From assembly GCA_035429885.1 (NCBI GenBank), contig DAOMFR010000022.1, positions 1-62,887 of the forward strand: 62,887 nt of DNA. Direction: 5' to 3'. Positions 29,955 to 39,194 of this stretch are shown here, piece by piece (position 1 is the first letter of the stretch; the number at the start of each line of letters is the position of its first letter). The notes below the pieces were generated by a model, which saw nothing but the letters and a program-made list of their open reading frames with translations, searched no databases and was not told where the DNA came from. The position numbers and the translations under genes were made by a program. Source of the stretch: Blastocatellia bacterium. GTDB taxonomy: Bacteria > Acidobacteriota > Blastocatellia > RBC074.

Positions 29955-29995
29955 GACGAGGATGTGAAATTTCGACTTTCACTCCTCGTCTTTTT
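29955..29995. terminator. Bidirectional terminator candidate between convergent VWA and STAS genes
   Basis: GACGAGGA (29955-29962) and TCCTCGTC (29983-29990) are flanked by AAAAA on the left and TTTTT on the right. The right arm lies within the last STAS codons. Confidence 0.45.
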
Positions 29996-30413
29996 CGTCA
30001 GAGTTGGCCTCACCTGACTCGTCACTCTCCGAATCATCGTCTTTCTTCTTCTTGCCTTTAGCCTTTTTCTCTTTTCCAAAACTGGCGATTGCTTCATCTT
30101 CGGTTTTGTAGCTTTCGATCAAATCCAGCAATTGCGTGATTTTCAAGGCGCCGTAAACGCGATCAGTAACCCCAACCAATTTCAGCACTCCACCTAACTC
30201 AGTTGTTCTTTTAAAAGCCCGAACAATTTCGCCGATGCCCATACTGTCAATGATCGGTACTTCGGTCAGGTTGAGCAGGATTTTGGTTGTTCCAGCCGTT
30301 AAGACTTTGTCCACAAGCATCTGCAGTTGAAAACCGCCTTGCCCTTTGATGAACTTGCCGCGCATATCAAGCGACGCGATTGTCCCAGCGTAATGAATTC
30401 CAATAGTCAGCAT
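29979..30413 (-). CDS. STAS-domain protein (anti-sigma-factor-antagonist fold) with charged C-terminal tail
   Basis: SpoIIAA-like core with an IIDSMGIGEIV serine loop, followed by the tail GKEKKAKGKKKKDDDSESDESGEANSDEKDEE. Confidence 0.8.
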   Translation of the reverse strand: MLTIGIHYAGTIASLDMRGKFIKGQGGFQLQMLVDKVLTAGTTKILLNLTEVPIIDSMGIGEIVRAFKRTTELGGVLKLVGVTDRVYGALKITQLLDLIESYKTEDEAIASFGKEKKAKGKKKKDDDSESDESGEANSDEKDEE

Positions 30414-30846
30414 AATAGGGATTATTTATCAGTTTCTGGTTGTGGATTGCGAAGTGCAAAAAAACCTGAGCCTGAAGTAATACCGTGATTGTTCAGTTCT
30501 TCAAGTCTGCTGCGAACTCTCTGTCGAAAAGCGGAGATGACAGCAACTTTCTATTCGCAATTCAGGAAAAGCCGAGGCATTTTACCTGACAACCCGTTAA
30601 GTTGCCATCAAGTTTGGAGAGTCCGAAAAACTGTTGGCTTGCACAATTGATCCTTTGAAGACAATTCTGGGCGACAATGAATCCACTTGCCATAGTGATA
30701 GTTGGCTGATTAACATGCGCCGCGTTTGAAAAACAGCGCAGCACCTCTAAAGAATTTACGGTCTTACAACCAAACGAGCTGACAACCAGACAGGCTGAGT
30801 GGGACTAAAGTCCAAGCCTGAACTTTATCCCGACAATTTTTCAAAT

Positions 30847-31881
30847 ATGAAGCTGCCCTCAATTCTGAACTTGATGACCGATGATTTAGCGATTGATCTC
30901 GGCACTTCGCGAACGCGGGTTTTTGCGCGCGGACGCGGAATTGTGGTCAATGAGCCTTCGCTTTTGGCTTATGACACTCCATCGCATGAGGTCGTCGCCG
31001 TCGGCTTGGAGGCGCTTGAATTGGAAGGACGTGCTTCTGGCGACATTCAAATCATCAGCCCTCTCAAAGATGGCGTGGTTGCTGATCCTACTTTTGCGGG
31101 CAAGCTCCTTGAACATTACCTTCGCAAGGCGCGCGATGGACGCTCTTCGATTTCGCGACGTGTGCTGGTTTCAATTCCGGCGGACGCCAGCACGGTTGAA
31201 CATCGAGCGCTTTACTACGCTGCCAAAGAAGCCGGCGTCGGCAATGTCCATTTCGTCAATAAAGGAATCGTGGCCATACTCGGCTCAGGGGTTGACCCCG
31301 ATGATCAGCGAGCAACTTTGGTTGTGGATGCAGGCGCCGGAACAACCACCATCGCAGCAATGGTTCATAATCATTTGATCTTCACCCGCACGATTCGCGT
31401 TGGGGGAAACGATATGGACTTGGCTCTGGCGGATATGATCAAGTCCAATCACAGTCTATTGGTTGGCCCGCGCACAGCCGAACGGGTCAAGATCGAGTTG
31501 GGTTGTGCCGTTCCGCTGGATCAAGAAAACACGACGATGGTAAAAGGCCGCAGCACAATTGGCGGAAATCCTGAAATGGCGGTCGTCAACAGCATTGAAA
31601 TTCACGAAGCAATCGAGCCAATCGTCAGCCGTATTGTCAACGCAGTCCAAGACGCGTTGGAAGCGCTGCCGCCGGAAGCATCCGGCGACATTTATGATCG
31701 CGGCATGATTTTGGCAGGTGGCGCTTCGTTGCTGGCCGGATTGGACGAACGATTGTCGAAAGAAACCGAATTGGCTGTCCAGCTAACTGAAAGCCCTCAG
31801 CGCGCCGTAATTCGCGGACTTGGATTACTGTTTGAGAACCCTCTGGCGCTACGACGGGCAATCATTAAGTCAGAGTCATAG
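30847..31881 (+). CDS. Divergent MreB-like actin-fold ATPase
   Basis: Collinear with MreB ([50 protein letters not shown]). The start is uncertain among 30799 GTG, 30847 ATG and 30874 ATG. Confidence 0.78.
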   Translation: MKLPSILNLMTDDLAIDLGTSRTRVFARGRGIVVNEPSLLAYDTPSHEVVAVGLEALELEGRASGDIQIISPLKDGVVADPTFAGKLLEHYLRKARDGRSSISRRVLVSIPADASTVEHRALYYAAKEAGVGNVHFVNKGIVAILGSGVDPDDQRATLVVDAGAGTTTIAAMVHNHLIFTRTIRVGGNDMDLALADMIKSNHSLLVGPRTAERVKIELGCAVPLDQENTTMVKGRSTIGGNPEMAVVNSIEIHEAIEPIVSRIVNAVQDALEALPPEASGDIYDRGMILAGGASLLAGLDERLSKETELAVQLTESPQRAVIRGLGLLFENPLALRRAIIKSES

Positions 31882-32339
31882 GTTGAAAATTTTCTTTCAA
31901 GGTTCTCCCCAACGGCTTAAAGCTTCCTGCTTTTTGGGGCTATGCTATATACTTTGCCGCGTCGCTCCAGCTCTCTGATCGTATGTTTGTGTAGAGTCAG
32001 GATATGCTGGCTAGGTGATTGGTTATCTGAATAAATTGACCCGAATGAATTGACAAAGGTGTTTTGAAAGAGAGTTTGATCGGCACAGATTCCAGCAGTT
32101 TGATGAGGTGCGATCTTCAGGCGTTTAACACCCTCTTCTCAATCTAACGTCCGAATCCTTTTTACGGCTTGCGACAACGGCGAGACGTATTTTTGCGCTC
32201 CTCAATCATCAGCTAATTTCATCATCTCAAGAGTAAAAACCTCTGGCGCGTTTGCTCACGTTCACGCGACAGCAACCATCGGTATTTCGCACTGGCGTTT
32301 TTGCCGGTGCGTTTCTTTTTTGCGGGAGGTGTTTGTTTG

Positions 32340-32849
32340 ATGAATGGCAGAGTCCTGGTGTTGAATTCGACCTATGAACCGATCAATGTTTGTACAACTC
32401 GACGAGCAATCGTGTTGATACTGAAGGGGCTGGCGCGAACTGAAGAGCGGCATGACAAGCTGTACAGCTCTGCTCGCAGCTCACTTCACGTGCCGTCAGT
32501 CATTCGTTTGACTGATTACAAACACATCCCTTTCGAACGAAAAAGCCTGTCACGAAAGAATATCCTGCTTCGCGACCATTACACATGCCAATACTGTGGA
32601 AAGGTTTTTAATCCAGCCGATCTGACACTCGACCATGTCCTGCCTCGTTCGCGTGGAGGCAGTTCCAACTGGGACAACCTGGTAGCTTGCTGCAAACGCT
32701 GCAATAATCGCAAAGGCAATAAATTGCCCGATGAAGTCGGAATGAAACTTCTGAAACGACCGCAATCGTTCAGCTTACATGTCAATCGGCAAATCATGCG
32801 TTATCTGGGACGCTCGGACGAAAATTGGCGAAAGTACCTATTTTACTGA
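32340..32849 (+). CDS. HNH endonuclease
   Basis: HYTCQYCGK ... [40 protein letters not shown] (32324-32329) lies 10 nt before the ATG at 32340. Confidence 0.85.
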   Translation: MNGRVLVLNSTYEPINVCTTRRAIVLILKGLARTEERHDKLYSSARSSLHVPSVIRLTDYKHIPFERKSLSRKNILLRDHYTCQYCGKVFNPADLTLDHVLPRSRGGSSNWDNLVACCKRCNNRKGNKLPDEVGMKLLKRPQSFSLHVNRQIMRYLGRSDENWRKYLFY

Positions 32850-32871
32850 AAATCGAAAAAACATCCCCTCT

Positions 32872-33522
32872 TCAGCTGGTTGTCTTTTCCTGCCGCCGTG
32901 ACCGCAAAAATTCGATGACTGCGGGCAATAAAGAGACAGCAATAACTCCGACAATAACCAATGAAAAGTTGCGCTTGACGATTGGGATTTCGCCAAAGAA
33001 ATATCCCGCGTATGTCAGCAAAGAAATCCAGAGGATCCCACCCGACAAACTGTAGCTGAGAAATTTGATGTAAGTCATTTTGCCTATGCCAGCCACGAAT
33101 GGCGCGAATGTACGAATGATAGGCATAAAACGGGCAAAGATCAGAGTTTTGCCGCCATACTTTTCATAAAAAGCATGTGTGCGTTCCAGATGCTTGCGAT
33201 TAAACCAACGCGAACTTTCGCTGGAGAAAACTCGCGGGCCGAGGGTTCTACCAATCCAGTAATTCACGGAGTCCCCAATCACCGCAGCCGAAATTAACAA
33301 CACCACAACCAGAAAGACATTGAGTTCTCCTTTGGAAGCCAGTGCCCCCACGGCAAACAACAGCGAATCTCCAGGTAAAAATGGCGTCACAACCAATCCG
33401 GTTTCACAGAAAATTATCAAGAAAAGGATGCCGTACGTCCACGATTGGTACTGATTGACGAGTTCGACTAGGTGTTTATCCAGGTGGAGGATGAGGTCAA
33501 CAAACTGTTTTAGAAGTTCCAT
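32872..33522 (-). CDS. DedA family membrane protein
   Basis: VTPFLPGDSLLFAVGALA motif with multiple TM segments. Confidence 0.88.
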   Translation of the reverse strand: MELLKQFVDLILHLDKHLVELVNQYQSWTYGILFLIIFCETGLVVTPFLPGDSLLFAVGALASKGELNVFLVVVLLISAAVIGDSVNYWIGRTLGPRVFSSESSRWFNRKHLERTHAFYEKYGGKTLIFARFMPIIRTFAPFVAGIGKMTYIKFLSYSLSGGILWISLLTYAGYFFGEIPIVKRNFSLVIVGVIAVSLLPAVIEFLRSRRQEKTTS

Positions 33523-33619
33523 TCAGTCATTTATTCTTCAAGAAGCGTTGCGAAAAAGAGCGACAGGATAAGCCAGTTTGTATGATTGCACAAAAGCGAC
33601 AAAAACATTCTTGAAGCGG

Positions 33620-34426
33620 TTACAATAGAAAGCTGTCGGTTGCGGCACGAGCCAGCGTCAACACGTTCACAGATTGAGCGCCGCCCTTCAGTAACGTCCT
33701 GGCAATTTCGTTCGCCGTGCTGCCGGTCGTCATCACATCGTCAACCAGCAAAATAACCTTGTTTTCAATCAGACGACGCGCACGGACTTTGAAAGCTTTT
33801 TCCAGCGAACGCGCTCGCTCCCGCGCGGCCATTCCAGCACGGTGCTTTTCCGTATGATGCGCCCGGAGTAGGCTGGCGGTATCTACAGACAAGCCAAGGA
33901 TCTTGCCTAATTCATACGCAATGACTTCAGCTTGATTGAATTTGCGCTCGACCAATCGGTCTGAGTGCAGCGGGACAGGAATAATGGATTCGCTTGGGAG
34001 TTTTTTTTGAAGGTTAATGCCGGTTGTTTGAAGTAGTTTGTGTAAGCGAATGGAAATATGAGGCTGGCTTTTCAAACGCAATACGCTTTCACGCAAGGCG
34101 CCTTCGTAAATGCCACAAGCGCTGGCAAAGCTGAACGCCATTTCGTCGCATTTCCCGCAACGCCGATCTTCCAGTTGAGCGGCTTGTGAAGAAGGAAGAG
34201 GTAGGCCGCATTTTGCGCAAAAACCTTTTTCGGCTTGGAGATGTTTGAGTTTTTGTTCAACTTGATGCCAGCAAGCGGCGCAAGCCACTCCGTCACGCCA
34301 TGATTCGATGATTGCTCCGCACACACGACATTCCAGCGGAAAGAGAATCGCCAACGTGGCATCGCGCAATAATGCTGATGCTCCTTTCAGATTTGGACCC
34401 CAAGTTAAACCGCTGCTTGCAATCAT
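33620..34426 (-). CDS. ComF family phosphoribosyltransferase-like protein
   Basis: N-terminal Cys pairs (CRVCG..CAACW, CAKCG..CGKCD) and the C-terminal PRTase motif ILLVDDVMTTGST. Confidence 0.85.
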   Translation of the reverse strand: MIASSGLTWGPNLKGASALLRDATLAILFPLECRVCGAIIESWRDGVACAACWHQVEQKLKHLQAEKGFCAKCGLPLPSSQAAQLEDRRCGKCDEMAFSFASACGIYEGALRESVLRLKSQPHISIRLHKLLQTTGINLQKKLPSESIIPVPLHSDRLVERKFNQAEVIAYELGKILGLSVDTASLLRAHHTEKHRAGMAARERARSLEKAFKVRARRLIENKVILLVDDVMTTGSTANEIARTLLKGGAQSVNVLTLARAATDSFLL

Positions 34427-34456
34427 TGTTGAAGTTTACCGGCTTGCGCTGATGAC

Positions 34457-34493
34457 ATAAAGCAAAAGGGCGATGGATAAACCCATCGCCCTT
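34457..34493 (-). terminator. Rho-independent terminator after the glycine-zipper gene
   Basis: 11-bp perfect stem AAGGGCGATGG (34466-34476) / CCATCGCCCTT (34483-34493). The minus-strand tail is TTGCTTTAT. Confidence 0.65.
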
Positions 34494-34519
34494 GCGAGAA
34501 TCGTTTTTTGACTCGAAGC

Positions 34520-34951
34520 TTAGTAACGATATCTATCGTTTTTGACCTTTTCGCGGTGGTAAATGTAACCTCCAGCAGCTCCAATGCCAGCGCCAATCAA
34601 AGCACCTTTCTTGCCACCGATTACCGCACCACTGACTGCGCCGATGCCAGCGCCAATTCCGGTGCGTTTAAGAGCTTTGCCGGTAGTATCTTCACGATCG
34701 CGGTAGCCGTAATCGTTGTAGCTGTAATCGTAATTTTGGTTATCGCGATAACTGGTGTTCCGATAGTTTCGGTCACGATAATTTGCGTCCCGATAATCGC
34801 GATCGCGGTAATCGCGGCTGTCATACACTGATCGCGAGTCATTGCCACGTGTGCGGCAACGAGTTTGAGCCATCGTTTCCGGAGACGCCAAAATAAACAT
34901 CACTCCCAGAGCCAACATTGCCAGAAACAGATTTTTGTTAATCTTCAACAT
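34520..34951 (-). CDS. Secreted glycine-zipper protein with Tyr/Arg/Asp-rich repeat region
   Basis: Strong SD (GGAGG), a Sec signal, the repeat region SRDYRDRDYRDANYRDRNYRNTSYRD, then GIGAGIGAVSGAVIGGKKGALIGAGIGAAGG. Confidence 0.72.
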   Translation of the reverse strand: MLKINKNLFLAMLALGVMFILASPETMAQTRCRTRGNDSRSVYDSRDYRDRDYRDANYRDRNYRNTSYRDNQNYDYSYNDYGYRDREDTTGKALKRTGIGAGIGAVSGAVIGGKKGALIGAGIGAAGGYIYHREKVKNDRYRY

Positions 34952-35239
34952 CTTTTCCTCCTTGAGGGCTGCCTCGGATCAGAAGCTGCCAGCCAATTGT
35001 TTGTTTTCAGTTTCAATCTCAAAATCTTTTTGAAGAATCAATAAGTGCGCCTACTTCATTACAATCTGCGTGCCGTTGGGTGCTTGGCTAAAGATTTTCC
35101 TTGAAACCGCTGAAAAGAAGCGACTTAACAAGCTAAGAAACTGCTGCCCGCATACATTAGAAACAGGCTTTGCCATCGGACAAAACCTTTCGGTATGAAT
35201 CAACAGTCCAAAGTGCGGCAAATGGTGTAACGACGTTTT

Positions 35240-35587
35240 TCAAACACGCTCAGTGGATCGGCGGACTTCCGGTTCCATCTGCCCGATCAGCATCAGTGCC
35301 CACATTTTCCAATCGGCCCGAAACGACCAAAGAGGATATTCGAAGGTCGCCGGTTTGTTATGTTCGATGAAAAAGTGGCCGAACCAGGCAAAGCCATATC
35401 CGACGACCAGACTCAATGGAGCAAACCACCAGTTCTCTGTGATGAAAACCCAGGCAAGGAAAACAAGTCCCAGCGTGCTGCCGATGAAATGTAAAACGCG
35501 GTTTATGGGGCGCGAATGTTCGCGGACGTAATACGGCCAGAACTCTTGAAAGTTTTCCAGGCGAGCCGGGGAATTTGATGGATTCAT
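35240..35587 (-). CDS. DUF962 (Mpo1-like) family membrane protein
   Basis: FWPYYVREHSRPINRVLHFIG ... GHFFIEHNKPATF. Confidence 0.78.
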   Translation of the reverse strand: MNPSNSPARLENFQEFWPYYVREHSRPINRVLHFIGSTLGLVFLAWVFITENWWFAPLSLVVGYGFAWFGHFFIEHNKPATFEYPLWSFRADWKMWALMLIGQMEPEVRRSTERV

Positions 35588-35777
35588 AACTTGCGCTCCT
35601 GTGATTGTTTATTGTTGGCTAAACACGCGAAGCAATTGTACACACCGGGATGCCGGAGCCAAGATTGGTTATGGCATATTCGTTAGTTCGTGCTACACGT
35701 TTAAGCCAACGTGGAATATGATGCTCGCGCTTTTGCTTATTGTAACTTTCCGCCCACGAAAACAATCTCGAATACTT

Positions 35778-37616
35778 ATGATTGCAAAGTTGCCCATCAA
35801 TTTGCGATTCACATTTGCTGCCTTCGTCGCTGTGTTGGTCGTTTGGGGAGGCGAGGCGGAGATGGGGTTATGGCGATGGCAAAATCCCCAGCCACAGGGA
35901 AATCCTCTTTATTCTGTTCGGTTCACTGGCGCACGCCATGGAATTGCGGTCGGGCGCGATGGAACCATCCTGCGAACCAGTGACGGTGGCAAACAATGGG
36001 AACTATCGCGCAGCCCAATCAATACGCCACTTTATGGACTTGCCGTTGCGGGCAAAAAAGCTTGGGCCGTAGGCGCGCGCGGCGAAATCCTTTCCTCCGA
36101 AGATCGTGGTGACAACTGGCGAACACAAAAAAGCGGGACAAAAAAACACCTTTATGCCGTTTGGTTTCATGACGAACGACACGGTTGGGCAGTTGGCGTC
36201 GAAGGCCTGGTTCTGACGACCAGTGATGGCGGTGACCACTGGGCTGAGCAAAAAAGTGGTTCGGTAAAACAATTGCTCGGTGTGGCATTCAGTAATGACA
36301 AGGTCGGCGTAGCGGTTGGAACCGAAGGCACTTTATTGGTGACGGACAATGGCGGAACGTCCTGGCAAGCAAAGAATCAAAGCGCTGAGATAAACCTGCT
36401 TCGAGCATTTGCCCTTGCGCCAAACAAGTTTTGGGCGGTCGGCACAAATGGAACGATTTTGCACAGTGAAGATGGCGGAGCGAATTGGAAGCTTCAGCCA
36501 AGCAATTCGTCCAGCCAGTTGCACTCCATAACCTTCATCAATGAAAAACAGGGATGGGCCAGCGGTGCTGACGGCACGATTCTTCGCACCCGGGACGGCG
36601 GTTTGACGTGGAGTGCGCAATTGTCGAACAGCGCTCAGTTGCTCAGTTCGATTTATTTCGTGGACGACAAAAATGGCTGGGTCGTGGGCGAAGGCGGTGT
36701 GATTTATACGACTACTGATGGAGGCGAAACCTGGTCGCCGCAAACTGGCGGATTGAAAGAAATGCTCAACGCGGTCTATTTCGCCGATGAAGATCACGGC
36801 TGGGTCGCTGGAATGAACGGCAATGTGCTGGCAACGGTGGACGGTGGGAAAACCTGGAAAGCGCAAATTTCAAACTCAACGGCCAATTTGCGATCTGTGA
36901 GCTTTGCTGACATTGCCCGCGGCTGGATTGTCGGGGAACGCGGATCTGTACTACGAACGTCAGATGGCGGAACCTCCTGGCAAGCCAAGCCTCTGCCCTC
37001 GCAACTTGATCTTCATGGTGTTGCATTTGTTTCAGCGACCGAAGGTTGGGTGACAGGGGAAGAGGGGTTGATCTTGCGAACAACCGATGCGGGCGAGGCT
37101 TGGACTGCACAAACATCGAATTGCCGTTATTGGCTGGAATCCATTACGTTCATTGACGCTCAAACTGGCTGGGCAGTCGGCGAATCCGGTAGCGTTGTTC
37201 ATACAGTAGATGGTGGAAAAACTTGGAAGTCGCAGGAAAGTGGCACTCGCCGATGGCTGTACTCGGTTTCGTTCGCTGACGCTAAAAATGGTTGGGTTGT
37301 CGGCGAAGAAGGATTGATTTTACGGACGACCGATGGCGGCGAAAACTGGTCGGTACAGATCAGCAACGTGCCAAGCAATTTACTGGGCGTCAAAGCCACA
37401 ACCGCCAAACGTGTCTGGGCAATCGGGTTGAACGGCGTCATCTTACAGACCCCAGACGGTGGCAGGCGGTGGCAACGGGATGTGAGCAATACAACGACGC
37501 CGCTCAGAGCAATTACGTTTCGCGGCGATAACGGTTGGGTGGTGGGACGCGATGGCGTGATTTTGCGATACGCGGGCAAAAACGCTGGTGAGTTACGCAC
37601 GATTCTTGGGAAGTAG
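35778..37616 (+). CDS. Ycf48/BNR (Asp-box) repeat beta-propeller protein
   Basis: 13 recurrences of the S/T-x-D-G-G-x-x-W unit at about 42-45-aa spacing (SDGGKQW, SDGGDHW, DNGGTSW, EDGGANW and others). The signal anchor starts from the ATG at 35778. Confidence 0.8.
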   Translation: MIAKLPINLRFTFAAFVAVLVVWGGEAEMGLWRWQNPQPQGNPLYSVRFTGARHGIAVGRDGTILRTSDGGKQWELSRSPINTPLYGLAVAGKKAWAVGARGEILSSEDRGDNWRTQKSGTKKHLYAVWFHDERHGWAVGVEGLVLTTSDGGDHWAEQKSGSVKQLLGVAFSNDKVGVAVGTEGTLLVTDNGGTSWQAKNQSAEINLLRAFALAPNKFWAVGTNGTILHSEDGGANWKLQPSNSSSQLHSITFINEKQGWASGADGTILRTRDGGLTWSAQLSNSAQLLSSIYFVDDKNGWVVGEGGVIYTTTDGGETWSPQTGGLKEMLNAVYFADEDHGWVAGMNGNVLATVDGGKTWKAQISNSTANLRSVSFADIARGWIVGERGSVLRTSDGGTSWQAKPLPSQLDLHGVAFVSATEGWVTGEEGLILRTTDAGEAWTAQTSNCRYWLESITFIDAQTGWAVGESGSVVHTVDGGKTWKSQESGTRRWLYSVSFADAKNGWVVGEEGLILRTTDGGENWSVQISNVPSNLLGVKATTAKRVWAIGLNGVILQTPDGGRRWQRDVSNTTTPLRAITFRGDNGWVVGRDGVILRYAGKNAGELRTILGK

Positions 37617-37648
37617 TCGTAAAACCATTTTCAGCAGAGGAAAAGACA

Positions 37649-38530
37649 ATGAAGCATTCAATGCACAACTGGATGAGACCTGAACCGATTGAAACGACGC
37701 TCGAACGATTGCATCGCTTCGGCTATGACAGTATCGAAATCAGCGGTGAGCCGGATCGGTACAACTGGGAAGAAGTTCGCAGATTGATGGACAAATACGA
37801 AATCGAATGCTGGGGCGGCGTAACACTCATGTTCGAAGGCCGCGACCTGATTCATCCAGACAGGTACGTTCGCGTCGGCACAATTGCTTACATCAAAGAT
37901 TGCATTCGCATGGTGAAGGCGTTGCGCGGCCAGATGTTTTGCATTGTCCCTTCAGTCGTTGGCAAGGTTAAGCCGCTGGCTTCGGCAGCCGAAGAGTGGA
38001 AATGGGCGGTGGAAAGCTTGAAAGAAGTCGCCGCGTTTGCTCAGGACAACGGAATTATGACCGGCATCGAACCGCTCAATCGGTTTGAAACCTACTTCAT
38101 CAAACGCCACGACCAAGCTCTGCGACTGGTGGAAGAGGTCGGTTACGATATGCGCGTGGTGCTGGACGCCTTTCATATCAACATTGAAGAGGAAGATTGG
38201 CGGCAGGCAATTCGCAATGTTGGCAGTCGCTTGCTGGATTTTCATGTCGCGGACAACAACCGCAAACCTTGCGGGCAGGGGCGGTATGATTGGGCAGAAG
38301 TCGTCAGCATTTTGAAGGAGATCAACTATCAAGGGCCGATGACGGCGGAATTCGTTCTGCAAATGGATCGCACACCGCTAGCCAACGAAGGGAAAGCAGT
38401 CAGCGAAATTGAAGCTTCTGCCGCTGATCTGAAATTCATTCAGGAACATGGTTCTGGCCTAATCAGCGCTGCCGAATATGACGCCTGTGTCGAAGCGAAC
38501 ATCAAACATCTGAAAGCTGCTGGAGCATGA
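37649..38530 (+). CDS. Xylose-isomerase-like TIM-barrel protein, ketose 3-epimerase-like
   Basis: IEPLNRFETYF and LDAFHINIEE motifs. 293 aa. Confidence 0.78.
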   Translation: MKHSMHNWMRPEPIETTLERLHRFGYDSIEISGEPDRYNWEEVRRLMDKYEIECWGGVTLMFEGRDLIHPDRYVRVGTIAYIKDCIRMVKALRGQMFCIVPSVVGKVKPLASAAEEWKWAVESLKEVAAFAQDNGIMTGIEPLNRFETYFIKRHDQALRLVEEVGYDMRVVLDAFHINIEEEDWRQAIRNVGSRLLDFHVADNNRKPCGQGRYDWAEVVSILKEINYQGPMTAEFVLQMDRTPLANEGKAVSEIEASAADLKFIQEHGSGLISAAEYDACVEANIKHLKAAGA

Positions 38531-39147
38531 GCAAATTTATTGAAGCTGCGGCCGAAATCGCTCATCGTGGCTGGGTGGTGATCAGCGATTTTCTGCCGGC
38601 GAAAACAGTCGCCGCCCTTCGTGGCGAAGCCGAGCAGCTTTGGCTGCAAAGCAATTTTCGCCAGGCAGGCACGGGGCGATTGGGCGGTTATGCCATTCGC
38701 CCGGGCGTTCGCAGCGATCATATTCATTGGTTGGATGAACAATCGCCGACCGAGGCGCAATCTCTTTATTGCGCGACGATCGAAGAGTTGCGGCAGGATT
38801 TGAATCGGGAATTGTTTCTCAGCTTGTCCACATACGAAGCTCACTTCGCGGTTTATCCGGCGGGCGCGTTTTATCAAAAACATCTGGACCGGTTCAACAA
38901 CGCCGACGAACGAACCATCTCTTGCACGTGTTACCTGAACGAAACCTGGAAGGAAGAATATGGCGGGCAACTGCGGCTGTATTTACCCAATAGCTATGTG
39001 GATGTTTTGCCGACCGCCGGAACCTGCGCACTGTTCCGCAGCGACACGTTCTTTCACGAAGTGCTGCCCGCAACTGAGACTCGATTCAGCTTAACCGGTT
39101 GGTTCAGACGGCGTTCGCTGAGGTTGGTTCAGCCTCCAGAGCAATAG
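38527..39147 (+). CDS. 2OG-Fe(II) oxygenase (prolyl 4-hydroxylase-like)
   Basis: YQKHLDRF ... SCTCYLNETW ... YGGQLRLY. There is an ATGA overlap with the upstream gene. Confidence 0.8.
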   Translation: MSKFIEAAAEIAHRGWVVISDFLPAKTVAALRGEAEQLWLQSNFRQAGTGRLGGYAIRPGVRSDHIHWLDEQSPTEAQSLYCATIEELRQDLNRELFLSLSTYEAHFAVYPAGAFYQKHLDRFNNADERTISCTCYLNETWKEEYGGQLRLYLPNSYVDVLPTAGTCALFRSDTFFHEVLPATETRFSLTGWFRRRSLRLVQPPEQ

Positions 39148-39194
39148 CAACAGGATATTTGTTCTGCCACTGCTCCCCGTCTCTATTCCGTACC

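Noticed and set aside
30562-30744. 60-aa minus-strand ORF in the STAS/MreB-like intergenic region.
   Set aside because: It has no SD, no motif and sits at the minimal length. I treat it as noise.
36333-36866. 177-aa minus-strand ORF and neighbouring ORFs inside the Asp-box propeller gene.
   Set aside because: The plus-strand frame carries 13 regular Asp-box repeats. The antisense frames are shadows.
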